The notes under the pieces: generated by a model
Seen by the model: only the letters and a program-made list of their open reading frames with translations
Databases searched by the model: none
Told to the model about the DNA's origin: nothing
Assembly: GCF_000025925.1 (NCBI RefSeq)
Contig: NC_014033.1
Location: forward strand, 1,110,001-1,142,000
Reading direction: 5' to 3'
Length of the DNA: 32,000 nt
Origin: Xylanibacter ruminicola 23
GTDB lineage: Bacteria > Bacteroidota > Bacteroidia > Bacteroidales > Bacteroidaceae
Part shown: positions 8,155-15,153 of the stretch, piece by piece
How the letters are laid out: every line of letters begins with the position of its first letter
How positions within the stretch are numbered: the stretch's first letter is position 1
Position numbers and translations under genes: made by a program

Positions 8155-8580
8155 ATGTTGAACGGATTAATGAAAAACAACAGTTGGTTCCCAACAATGT
8201 TTGATGATTTCTTTAACACTGATTTTATGCCTCGTGCCAACAGTACAGCACCTGCAGTCAATGTCAAGGAGAGTGAGAAGGCCTACACGATGGAACTTGC
8301 AGCTCCAGGCATTAAGAAAGAATATTGCCGTGTAGGTATCAATGACGAGGGCAACCTCACCATCGCTATTGAGAACAAACAGGAACACAAGCATGAGGAC
8401 AGTCATCGCCATTATCTGCGTCGTGAGTTCAGCTATTCTAACTATGAGCAGAACTACATACTTCCAGATGATGTGGTACGCGACAAGATTTCTGCCAAGG
8501 TTGAGGACGGCATCCTGACCATCACGATGCCGAAGACCGAACCGAAGGAGAAAGTGACGAAAGCCATTGAGGTGTCATAA
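8155..8580 (+). CDS. Small heat-shock protein, Hsp20/alpha-crystallin family
   Basis: The sequence shows an alpha-crystallin domain pattern (PAVNVKESEKAYTMELAAPGIKKEY...REFSYSNYEQNYILPDDV...AKVEDGILTITMPK). An AGGAGG sits 8 nt upstream of the ATG. Confidence 0.85.
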   Translation: MLNGLMKNNSWFPTMFDDFFNTDFMPRANSTAPAVNVKESEKAYTMELAAPGIKKEYCRVGINDEGNLTIAIENKQEHKHEDSHRHYLRREFSYSNYEQNYILPDDVVRDKISAKVEDGILTITMPKTEPKEKVTKAIEVS

Positions 8581-8608
8581 GGATGATGCTTCCTAATATG
8601 TAGAAAAG

Positions 8609-8646
8609 CCCTGGCTTGCTGATGCAGGCCAGGATTTCTTTTTTAT
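8609..8646 (+). terminator. Intrinsic terminator after hsp20
   Basis: The stem pairs CCTGGC with GCCAGG (8609-8632) and is followed by ATTTCTTTTTT. Confidence 0.6.
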
Positions 8647-8698
8647 ATATGTTATGCAAATAGATAGTGATGAAAGTTGAGGTGTGGCGTTTTGCGTA

Positions 8699-8979
8699 TT
8701 GTGCGTATGTATATGGAATGAGCGCACAATGGTGCACACAGTCGCTGCTATTTTGTTAAGTTGTTGATACTTAATGTTTTATGTTTTCTATTTAATTGCA
8801 CAAACCCCTAATATTGTTGTGCATTTAGATACTTATTTGTGCAAATCATTTTATTTGTGCAAGATTTGTGCAGCGTTGAGCTGGATTTGTGCAGAAGTTA
8901 AAGCATCTTTGCAACCGGCTTAGTGCCTGATCTTTAGTAACATACAGATTCCTTGTGCAGTCTTGTGCGGTGTTGTGCA
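8699..8979. repeat. Iteron field of about 9 direct and 2-3 inverted copies of TTGTGC(A/G). This is a candidate replication origin.
   Basis: Direct copies start at 8699, 8817, 8837, 8855, 8866, 8887, 8953, 8963 and 8973. Inverted copies lie at 8723-8729 and 8797-8803. The region is non-coding and lies just downstream of the primase-helicase gene. Confidence 0.7.
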
Positions 8980-9020
8980 TGGATATTCTCGCGCGTGCGC
9001 GCATATAAAGGAAAAATGTA

Positions 9021-9065
9021 AAAGCATAAAAATAGGCCTCGAGTGCTTCACAGCAGTCAGAGGCC
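9021..9065 (-). terminator. Possible terminator of the primase gene
   Basis: The stem pairs GGCCTC (9035-9040) with GAGGCC (9060-9065). On the minus strand it is followed by UAUUUUUAUGCUUUU. The loop is long (19 nt). Confidence 0.35.
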
Positions 9066-9092
9066 CTTCGCTAATGAATAACTAACCAAAAT

Positions 9093-12000
9093 CTAAAAAA
9101 CAATTTCTTCTTTTCTTTCAAGTTCATCTGCCTCAGTGGCAGAGAAATGTTCCAAATGCAATCCGTAACGATTCTGAAGTATTTCGTAGTCGAAACAGAG
9201 ACAGCGGTCAAACTTGTATGCAGTCTGTCCATTAACGGTCTCTTTTATACCATCTTTGATGGAAATAAAGCGTTCGGACGACTTCTGTCCGAGATAAGCG
9301 TTTCCTATCGTCAGGTAATAACGAATTGAGTCACGATCCATGATTATCTTCTTTTCACCTTCACGCTGGGCCAACTGCTTGTACTGAGAAACGAAGTTAA
9401 TCAGACGCAGCATAAGCACGCGATGGTTTTCCTTGAATTCCCTTTCACCTTTGTCCGTCTTTAGCCTTCTCAATACTTTAATCTTAAAGTCGCAATCGAG
9501 ATAAATCTTTCCCTGGTCGTAAAGTGTAGAAAGCGCGTTCCAAAGATTTCCAAGCTCATTGTTAGATGTCACCTCACTGTTCTGGCGTTTAATACCCTCT
9601 ATACATAGCCGCTTAATATCGTCGTACTCAAAAGGCAGATTAAGCGTGGACTTCAGAGTTTTGTAACAAGTTAGCATGATAGACCAGTTACGCCAAAGGC
9701 GGTCTTCCACATTATTACCATCGATGCTGTCACATACCTCATTAGTAACATCGTTATATGTATCATAGAAAGCACTTTCAAACAAGGCTCTGTGTGAGAG
9801 AATCTCCATGGTCAGGTGCTGCAGCCCAAGTTTACGGATATCAGACAACCTATTGAAACGATCCTTTGCTTCGCGGTCATGAACCGTAGAGTCAGTAGGT
9901 AAATAAATCATTCTCGAGAACATCGCGATATCGAGTGTTGGCATCTCCTGTCCGCAGACGATTACACCGCAGTCGACAGGTGTACGCTCAATTTGTTTGC
10001 CGCGGTCCATATCCATTCGTGAGCGGCCGACACCGTCGTACGCCCCTTTGATAATTTCCACAATCCTCATGTCCAGCGTATTCTTATATTCGTCCAGCAG
10101 TACCAGTGAGTTAGCTGCCATCGAGAGCATTTGTGAAAGAGATGGAGCTGTTGTGTTTCTTAAGTTAAGGGGCTTGTCGCCGATTGTAAAGAAACGCATT
10201 AACGTGATGCCCAATTCTGTTTTACCACTTCCCTTCGGGCCAAAGAGATTGAGGATTGGGAAGTTTACCGTGTATGAGGTGATAATATCCCTATGGAGAG
10301 CAGCTAAAAGGTAACAGATACCTATTTTAGCGTTGTCACCGAAGACAGAAGCCATCAGACTGGCCATATCTTTTAATTCTATGCTTGCATGGGTAGATGG
10401 GAGAACAAACTGCCGCTCGAAAGAAAAGTAGCTTGTGTCGGCTGCATAGATTTCCGAGGCCCCCTGCAGATAGTAATTGTCCAAATGAGATTCTGCATCA
10501 TGTAAGTGTACAATTCCCATGGCATCGGCCGGATACCATTCGTTCTGATAGATGCATCCGTTGCCAAAGGTAAAGAAACCGCTGTGATGCCAGCCATACT
10601 GCCGGATGCGAACAGCCGTTTCTGTCTGCTCGAAAAGGTATGTCTTTAGCTTGGTCAATTCTGGCATACCTACCTTCCAGATAAAGTTGCCTATGGACTC
10701 AACCTTCACCATGAACTTAGGCTGTGAGACCAGCTCTTCAGCAGCTAATTCGAGGATACGTGTGGTGCCGTCGATATTCGTAATTTCATAGAGACGGCGT
10801 GAATCATCGATACCCATTACATGATAGAGGGGACGCATCTTGAAATTCGACCATTGCTTCTCGTTACCTTCGTCATCGCGGCTCCAGTAACAGTTGTGAT
10901 CCTCGTAGAAACCATATATAAGCGGGTCGATGCCCGTCCTTTTTGTCGTCGCCTTTGCTTTTTCTTCTGCCCGGCGGTGCTTAGCTTCGTTAACTGCGTT
11001 TTTCCAAAGGCCTTTATGGCCGTTGTGTTGCTTAACCAAGGCATCCAGGAGCGCCTTTTGCGTATATTCATCTTTTTCCAGGATAAGAACATCACATATC
11101 TGTTTGACGATATCAGAAATGTCTGTCTCGGTAGAAGATTTGCGCTCGATGTCATCAAATAGCTTGTTGGCATACCAGAGCACAAAGTCCTCTTCAGCTA
11201 GCAGTTTAACCTGCTCTCTGTTCTGGAAGTAACTGTCTGCATCCTGCTTTCCTCCACCCTCCTCCTCTGGCTTTGGTGGAATCTCCTTGACAGTGACACG
11301 GAAGCCTTCTTCCATGGCTGTACGACCGTTTTTGATGACCGCCTTTATGCCAGGAGCATCAGCATCGGGGATGAAGCACAGTTTTGGATGGAACCGCTTA
11401 AGTGTGTGCAGATGCTCCTTTGTGAGCGCTGTACCCAATGGCGCTACAGTATTTACCACACCAATCTGCTGCATTTTCATAACGTCGGGGCCTCCCTCTA
11501 CCAAGTAGAAGAGCTCCTCGCGTGCCCCCACTTTCATTGCTGTATCCAAGCCGAATAATACGCTTGATTTATGGAATAACAGCGAGTCGCGGCCGTTAAG
11601 ATACTTTTGAACATCCTTATTATCAGAAAGAGTGCGAGCTGTATAGTTAATTACATTGCCCCACCGGTCGCGTACGGGAATCATCAGACGGTCGCGAAAG
11701 AAGGCATATTCGCTTCTATCGTCGCTTTCAGCTATGAGTCCTGCTTCCTTACAAAGTTCCCAGCTCAGGCCTGTTGATTTGATAAAGTCAAAAAAACGTT
11801 TATTACCCTTTGGTGCATAACCCAGTCCTCGCTCCTCGATGGCCTCTTCCGACCAACGATGTTTAGCATAAGCCATCATAGCCTTAGCTTCTGGTGTATC
11901 TTCGTGGAGGCACTTTACGTAGAACTCCTGCACCCGAGAATAGATGACCTGCATGGACTCTTTTTTCTGTTGCTCCGCCAACTCTTCGGGTGTAGGATCC

Positions 12001-12287
12001 TTTTCTTCAAATTCTATATTGAACTTGTTAGCAATTATCTTGCAAGCTTCATAGAAATTGACATGCTCGTGCTCCATGATGAAATGGATGCCGTTGCCTC
12101 CTTTTCCACACACAAAACAATGGCAGATTCCTTTGGCAGGACTCACCATGAAAGAAGGATTCTTGTCGGCATGAAAGGGGCAAATGCCTTTATAATTGAC
12201 GCCAGCTTTCTTTAGCGTGATATAGTCTGATACTATATCAACAATAGGCTGATCGTTTATCTTATCTAATGTTTCAGGCTTTATCAT
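9093..12287 (-). CDS. DnaG-type primase (CHC2 zinc finger plus Toprim) fused to a C-terminal P-loop NTPase or helicase-like domain
   Basis: The CHC2 finger is CPFHADKNPSFMVSPAKGICHCFVCGKGG. The Toprim region is YLVEGGPDVMKM...CFIPDADAPG. The Walker A motif is FGPKGSGKT and the Walker B-like motif is LVLLDEY. I use the ATG at 12287 (MIKPETL), because the ORF-track start at 12302 is a TTG. Confidence 0.85.
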   Translation of the reverse strand: MIKPETLDKINDQPIVDIVSDYITLKKAGVNYKGICPFHADKNPSFMVSPAKGICHCFVCGKGGNGIHFIMEHEHVNFYEACKIIANKFNIEFEEKDPTPEELAEQQKKESMQVIYSRVQEFYVKCLHEDTPEAKAMMAYAKHRWSEEAIEERGLGYAPKGNKRFFDFIKSTGLSWELCKEAGLIAESDDRSEYAFFRDRLMIPVRDRWGNVINYTARTLSDNKDVQKYLNGRDSLLFHKSSVLFGLDTAMKVGAREELFYLVEGGPDVMKMQQIGVVNTVAPLGTALTKEHLHTLKRFHPKLCFIPDADAPGIKAVIKNGRTAMEEGFRVTVKEIPPKPEEEGGGKQDADSYFQNREQVKLLAEEDFVLWYANKLFDDIERKSSTETDISDIVKQICDVLILEKDEYTQKALLDALVKQHNGHKGLWKNAVNEAKHRRAEEKAKATTKRTGIDPLIYGFYEDHNCYWSRDDEGNEKQWSNFKMRPLYHVMGIDDSRRLYEITNIDGTTRILELAAEELVSQPKFMVKVESIGNFIWKVGMPELTKLKTYLFEQTETAVRIRQYGWHHSGFFTFGNGCIYQNEWYPADAMGIVHLHDAESHLDNYYLQGASEIYAADTSYFSFERQFVLPSTHASIELKDMASLMASVFGDNAKIGICYLLAALHRDIITSYTVNFPILNLFGPKGSGKTELGITLMRFFTIGDKPLNLRNTTAPSLSQMLSMAANSLVLLDEYKNTLDMRIVEIIKGAYDGVGRSRMDMDRGKQIERTPVDCGVIVCGQEMPTLDIAMFSRMIYLPTDSTVHDREAKDRFNRLSDIRKLGLQHLTMEILSHRALFESAFYDTYNDVTNEVCDSIDGNNVEDRLWRNWSIMLTCYKTLKSTLNLPFEYDDIKRLCIEGIKRQNSEVTSNNELGNLWNALSTLYDQGKIYLDCDFKIKVLRRLKTDKGEREFKENHRVLMLRLINFVSQYKQLAQREGEKKIIMDRDSIRYYLTIGNAYLGQKSSERFISIKDGIKETVNGQTAYKFDRCLCFDYEILQNRYGLHLEHFSATEADELERKEEIVF

Positions 12288-12308
12288 ATTTTTTTCTTGC
12301 AAAAATAG

Positions 12309-12491
12309 CTATACCTTTTCTTCTTTTGGAAGACATGGCTCTATACGTGGATTTTTCCAAGACTGATGGTGCTTCCGACTGGATTCTTTGAATTTTTCCA
12401 TCAGCTCAGTAGCTAATTCCAGTGAACGAGGGGGCGAAATGACCTCCCGTTCACCTGTCAGTCTGTTGATTGCAGAGATAATATACATCAT
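12309..12491 (-). CDS. Hypothetical small protein
   Basis: 60-aa ORF with an ATG start. Its stop is 22 nt upstream of the primase start, on the same strand. Confidence 0.4.
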   Translation of the reverse strand: MMYIISAINRLTGEREVISPPRSLELATELMEKFKESSRKHHQSWKNPRIEPCLPKEEKV

Positions 12492-12659
12492 ACTACCCTT
12501 TCTAAGGATGTAGCCCCTAGCCTATCTAACACCAGAAGGTAATCGAGGAACAGCTGAAATTCTTCTTCGTTTCTGAATCTCAACTGTTTTTTCTGGCAAC
12601 TCCCATAAAATGTCAGGATTATATGACCTGTATCTGTTTTCTTTTTCTGTATTACCGGC

Positions 12660-12854
12660 TTACTCATTTTCTGTCAACTCAGTGTTAATTGTTACTTCTT
12701 TAATCATAGGGAACCATTCCATTAAAAGCTCAGCCGCCAAGATTGGAGCTGCTTGGCTTCTTCGATAATGAATGATAGCCCTTATATAGTCCTTAATAGT
12801 CCATTGTTCTTGGACCTTAATCTTATCTTTGTATCTTTGAATTCTGATTTTCAT
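12660..12854 (-). CDS. Hypothetical small protein
   Basis: 64-aa ORF in the same operon orientation. Confidence 0.4.
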   Translation of the reverse strand: MKIRIQRYKDKIKVQEQWTIKDYIRAIIHYRRSQAAPILAAELLMEWFPMIKEVTINTELTENE

Positions 12855-12960
12855 TACAAATAATTATTTTTAAATATTCAACATACTGTTTGTTTCTCTC
12901 GCAATAACGTCCGTTGATGCAGTTGCATCCTTGATTGCATGTTCGACATTTATCCGGCAT
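12823..12960 (-). CDS. Possible Cys-rich micro-protein (45 aa)
   Basis: My own translation gives MPDKCRTCNQGCNCINGRYCERNKQYVEYLKIIICNENQNSKIQR. There are five Cys in the first 20 residues. It overlaps the start of the 12660-12854 ORF by 32 nt. It is below the ORF-track size cutoff. Confidence 0.25.
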   Translation of the reverse strand: MPDKCRTCNQGCNCINGRYCERNKQYVEYLKIIICNENQNSKIQR

Positions 12961-13028
12961 AGTAACTTAAAAATATGCCCTGGCTACGGTCTTCCCAGAA
13001 AGTAACTCAGGGACTTTACCAGTTCGAA

Positions 13029-13226
13029 TCATTTTGCTTTCAAGCCTGCAATCAGCTCTTTCTTAAAGAAGTAGAGTCTTCTTCCATCTTTGTGGAATTG
13101 AACCATCTTTCGCTGAACTCTCTTGTACATAGCCTGCACATCAACCTTAAAGAACTCAGCTGCTTCTTTAATAGTCATTGGTTCGTCGCTCATGTCAATT
13201 TCGACTTGTCTGTCTGACTTTCTCAT
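13029..13226 (-). CDS. Excisionase-like / MerR-type HTH DNA-binding protein (HTH_17-like)
   Basis: MTIKEAAEFFKVDVQAMYKRVQRKMVQFHKDGRRLYFFKKELIAGL fits the excisionase-family HTH pattern. There is a 4-nt ATGA overlap with the upstream ORF. Confidence 0.65.
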   Translation of the reverse strand: MRKSDRQVEIDMSDEPMTIKEAAEFFKVDVQAMYKRVQRKMVQFHKDGRRLYFFKKELIAGLKAK

Positions 13227-13510
13227 TGCTTTATCAGTTTACGCCATTCATTTTTATAGTCCGGGTCAGTAAGTTCCTTTCTTCTCTGTGCGAGGGTAAC
13301 ACCGACGAGTATCACACAAAGCTCGTCATAGAGATATTTGGCATGAATAAAGACGCCTTTCTCCTTCCCGATAGATCTATTGAATCGTGTCAACTGAACG
13401 TTGAGAGAAGTTATTGAACCATACGTAGGAAACTTGCCTTTTGCCACATCACCTGGTTTGATTGTCCTGAACCAGTATTCCTTATTCCTAATTTTCTCTG
13501 CCTTATACAT
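13223..13510 (-). CDS. Hypothetical protein, first gene of the minus-strand regulatory/replication operon
   Basis: 95-aa ORF with an ATG start, coupled to the HTH gene. Confidence 0.5.
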   Translation of the reverse strand: MYKAEKIRNKEYWFRTIKPGDVAKGKFPTYGSITSLNVQLTRFNRSIGKEKGVFIHAKYLYDELCVILVGVTLAQRRKELTDPDYKNEWRKLIKQ

Positions 13511-13886
13511 ATTATATATTATATATATTGGCCATTAGTAATGTTGGACTTAAATGCGTTACCTACTCTCTTTCCAGTTGGAATTAATTTTTTGATAATT
13601 TGTTTCATTTCGTAATTTATAATTTTATTAGTTAATATAAGATAGTACAACTCCTTTAGAATTGCGGCACAAAAATATAGCAAATAAATCCAATAGAATT
13701 GCATCTTTTTCAAAAAGGCTACTAACTAACTAAGTCTTTAACATGCGCAACTAACAAAATTAAGAATATAATACATTAATTAACTGTTAACTAACTCACA
13801 AACCAACTTACTGACCCATAAACTTGTCTGCAAATGCTCTCTATATAATAAAATAGGTGTTTTTTGCAAATTATGTAAGAAATATA

Positions 13887-13918
13887 TTTGGTGGTAACAA
13901 AATAAATACGTACCTTTG
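13887..13918 (+). promoter_or_regulatory. Bacteroidota promoter of sRNA copy 1
   Basis: TTTG (13887-13890), a 20-nt spacer, then TACCTTTG (13911-13918). The same arrangement precedes copies 2 and 3. Confidence 0.7.
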
Positions 13919-13924
13919 CATCAA

Positions 13925-14174
13925 CAAATAGTAAACAAACTAACTAACATAGTTCTACGAACTTGTTGGAAGGTTAGAGATATAAAGTACGATATAGAGA
14001 TATCGACATGGCTGCTCATCTTAAGTCGTTTGTTACCAGTTTGAAAAGAATTTGTTACCACATGCGGATTAGTAACAAAATAATTCGCAACTTGCTGATA
14101 ATCAGCATGGGTTCGACTTTCTGCGGGTGTACGAAATCTAAAAAAGGTAGACATTCAAGTCTACCTTTTTTTTT
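13925..14174 (+). ncRNA. Unclassified structured sRNA, long form, copy 1 (about 250 nt)
   Basis: A consensus promoter lies upstream. The terminator is GGTAGAC/GTCTACC (14146-14165) followed by T9. Internal hairpins are CAACAA/UUGUUG (13922-27/13963-68), CGAUAU-AGAG-AUAUCG (13990-14005), UUUGUUAC/GUAACAAA (14051-58/14072-79) and UGCUGA-UAA-UCAGCA (14093-14107). Copy 2 is near-identical but carries a 1-nt indel, which excludes a conserved ORF. Confidence 0.7.
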
Positions 14175-14226
14175 GTACAATCCATAAGAAATCTATATAA
14201 AACTAGCAATTATCCAAAACTTTTCG

Positions 14227-14234
14227 TACCTTTG
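14227..14234 (+). promoter_or_regulatory. -7 box TACCTTTG for cassette-1 genes
   Basis: Exact TAnnTTTG match 24 nt upstream of the ATG at 14258. Confidence 0.5.
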
Positions 14235-14257
14235 CAGCGGTTTAATTAATCTCAATT

Positions 14258-15124
14258 ATGAAGTTTACAATCATAATAACTACATTACTTTTCATGGTCT
14301 GCAACTCGGTCCAAGGACAGCCAATAACCGAGTGGAAGACAGGTCAGATACACGAAACGGGTACCAACGATTTCGATTATCGTCATGTTCGAATTACTCC
14401 TCAAGCCTATCTACATACCATTAGGATTGGAGTTGAATCGCTTGGCGATGGACATTATCACGATTCGCTCATCAGCCGTTTCGATAAAATAGTAGAGTAT
14501 TATCCACAGATAGAAGACACAGTGAGTAACCGCTATTATCATGCAATCTTTAATGGCGACACACTCAGCTATCGAGAACGTAAAACCATATTCATCAATA
14601 CTTATTTAGGCCGCAAGATACTCGAGGTTGAGAGCCTACTGTCTCCACATCAGCGATTTGGCGCTAATGTTTACAGCCTTGATACCGTCCAGATAACTGC
14701 ACTCACCGATTCTATGCGCTACATGAAGACCTACGATAGTCTACTTAACAACGAGCAGACCTGCCTGTTTTATGCCCTTAACTGCTTTCTCGATGCCAAT
14801 GGCATAAATCCAGCGCCAGTCATCACCCGCAACACCAACTTCACCAATGGCAATCAGCTAAACGCCTTCTTCAATCACATTCTTAAGCTTAAGGCAACCT
14901 ATAAATGCCGATATAGCGTGATGAAGAAAGCCAATCTCCCTGATCAGTGCGTGATTGTGTTTCAGGATACTGACAAACAATACATTCATGCGGTATATTA
15001 CCGCAAGGATCGCAACGAGTATTATACCAAAAATGGCTTCTGGTGCCCCGCTGTACTCAAAAGTCTCCGTCCCATAATCAAATGCTATAAACAAGCTGAT
15101 GCATTACTGATATACAGTTTGTAA
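14258..15124 (+). CDS. Secreted protein with a possible transglutaminase/papain-like cysteine peptidase core in its C-terminal half
   Basis: The signal peptide is MKFTIIITTLLFMVCNSVQGQ. The segment QTCLFYALNCFLDANGINPAPV resembles the C-x2-[FY]-A...G-I-P-A-R core of transglutaminase-like peptidases. A candidate His sits in YIHAVYY. The region has lower GC than its surroundings. Confidence 0.45.
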   Translation: MKFTIIITTLLFMVCNSVQGQPITEWKTGQIHETGTNDFDYRHVRITPQAYLHTIRIGVESLGDGHYHDSLISRFDKIVEYYPQIEDTVSNRYYHAIFNGDTLSYRERKTIFINTYLGRKILEVESLLSPHQRFGANVYSLDTVQITALTDSMRYMKTYDSLLNNEQTCLFYALNCFLDANGINPAPVITRNTNFTNGNQLNAFFNHILKLKATYKCRYSVMKKANLPDQCVIVFQDTDKQYIHAVYYRKDRNEYYTKNGFWCPAVLKSLRPIIKCYKQADALLIYSL

Positions 15125-15153
15125 TAATGTTAAAAAGTAATGAACCATAGATT

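Larger units (their letters stand above)
1..13880. mobile_element. Partial phage-like or phage-satellite-like integrated element with a capsid module, a cargo block, an iteron field, a primase-helicase and an excisionase-like HTH. The left end lies outside the window and the right end is undefined.
   Basis: The gene content is listed in the features below. The primase-helicase sits next to iterons. The protease-scaffold plus MCP operon has its own TAnnTTTG promoter. The region 13510-13880 is AT-rich and has no convincing gene. No integrase, portal or terminase is present in the window. Confidence 0.5.

Noticed and set aside
7931-8979. A CRISPR array as an explanation for the two repeat fields
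   Set aside because: The repeat units are 7-17 bp with irregular or very short spacers. There is no 28-37-bp repeat/spacer periodicity and no cas genes in the window.
13519-13713. A 64-aa minus-strand ORF in the AT-rich spacer
   Set aside because: It has a TTG start, a very AT-rich and low-complexity translation, and no coupling to neighbouring genes. It is more likely non-coding spacer or promoter DNA for the 13510 operon.
14105-14132. A tRNA/tmRNA-like T-arm (GGGTTCGACT) at the 3' end of the long sRNA, which would suggest a tRNA-like integration target
   Set aside because: I could not build an acceptor stem, a matching T-stem or a cloverleaf. There is no tag-peptide reading frame for a tmRNA. 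The resemblance is limited to a GGTTCGA heptamer.
13921-14154. A 77-aa minus-strand ORF, and a 12-codon plus-strand ORF starting at ATG 14008, both inside sRNA copy 1
   Set aside because: Copy 2 is nearly identical at the nucleotide level but has a 1-nt deletion (GACATGGCTG becomes GACAGGCTG). This destroys the plus-strand ATG and frameshifts the minus-strand ORF, and no equivalent ORF appears in the track for copy 2. Conservation is therefore at the RNA or DNA level and not the protein level.
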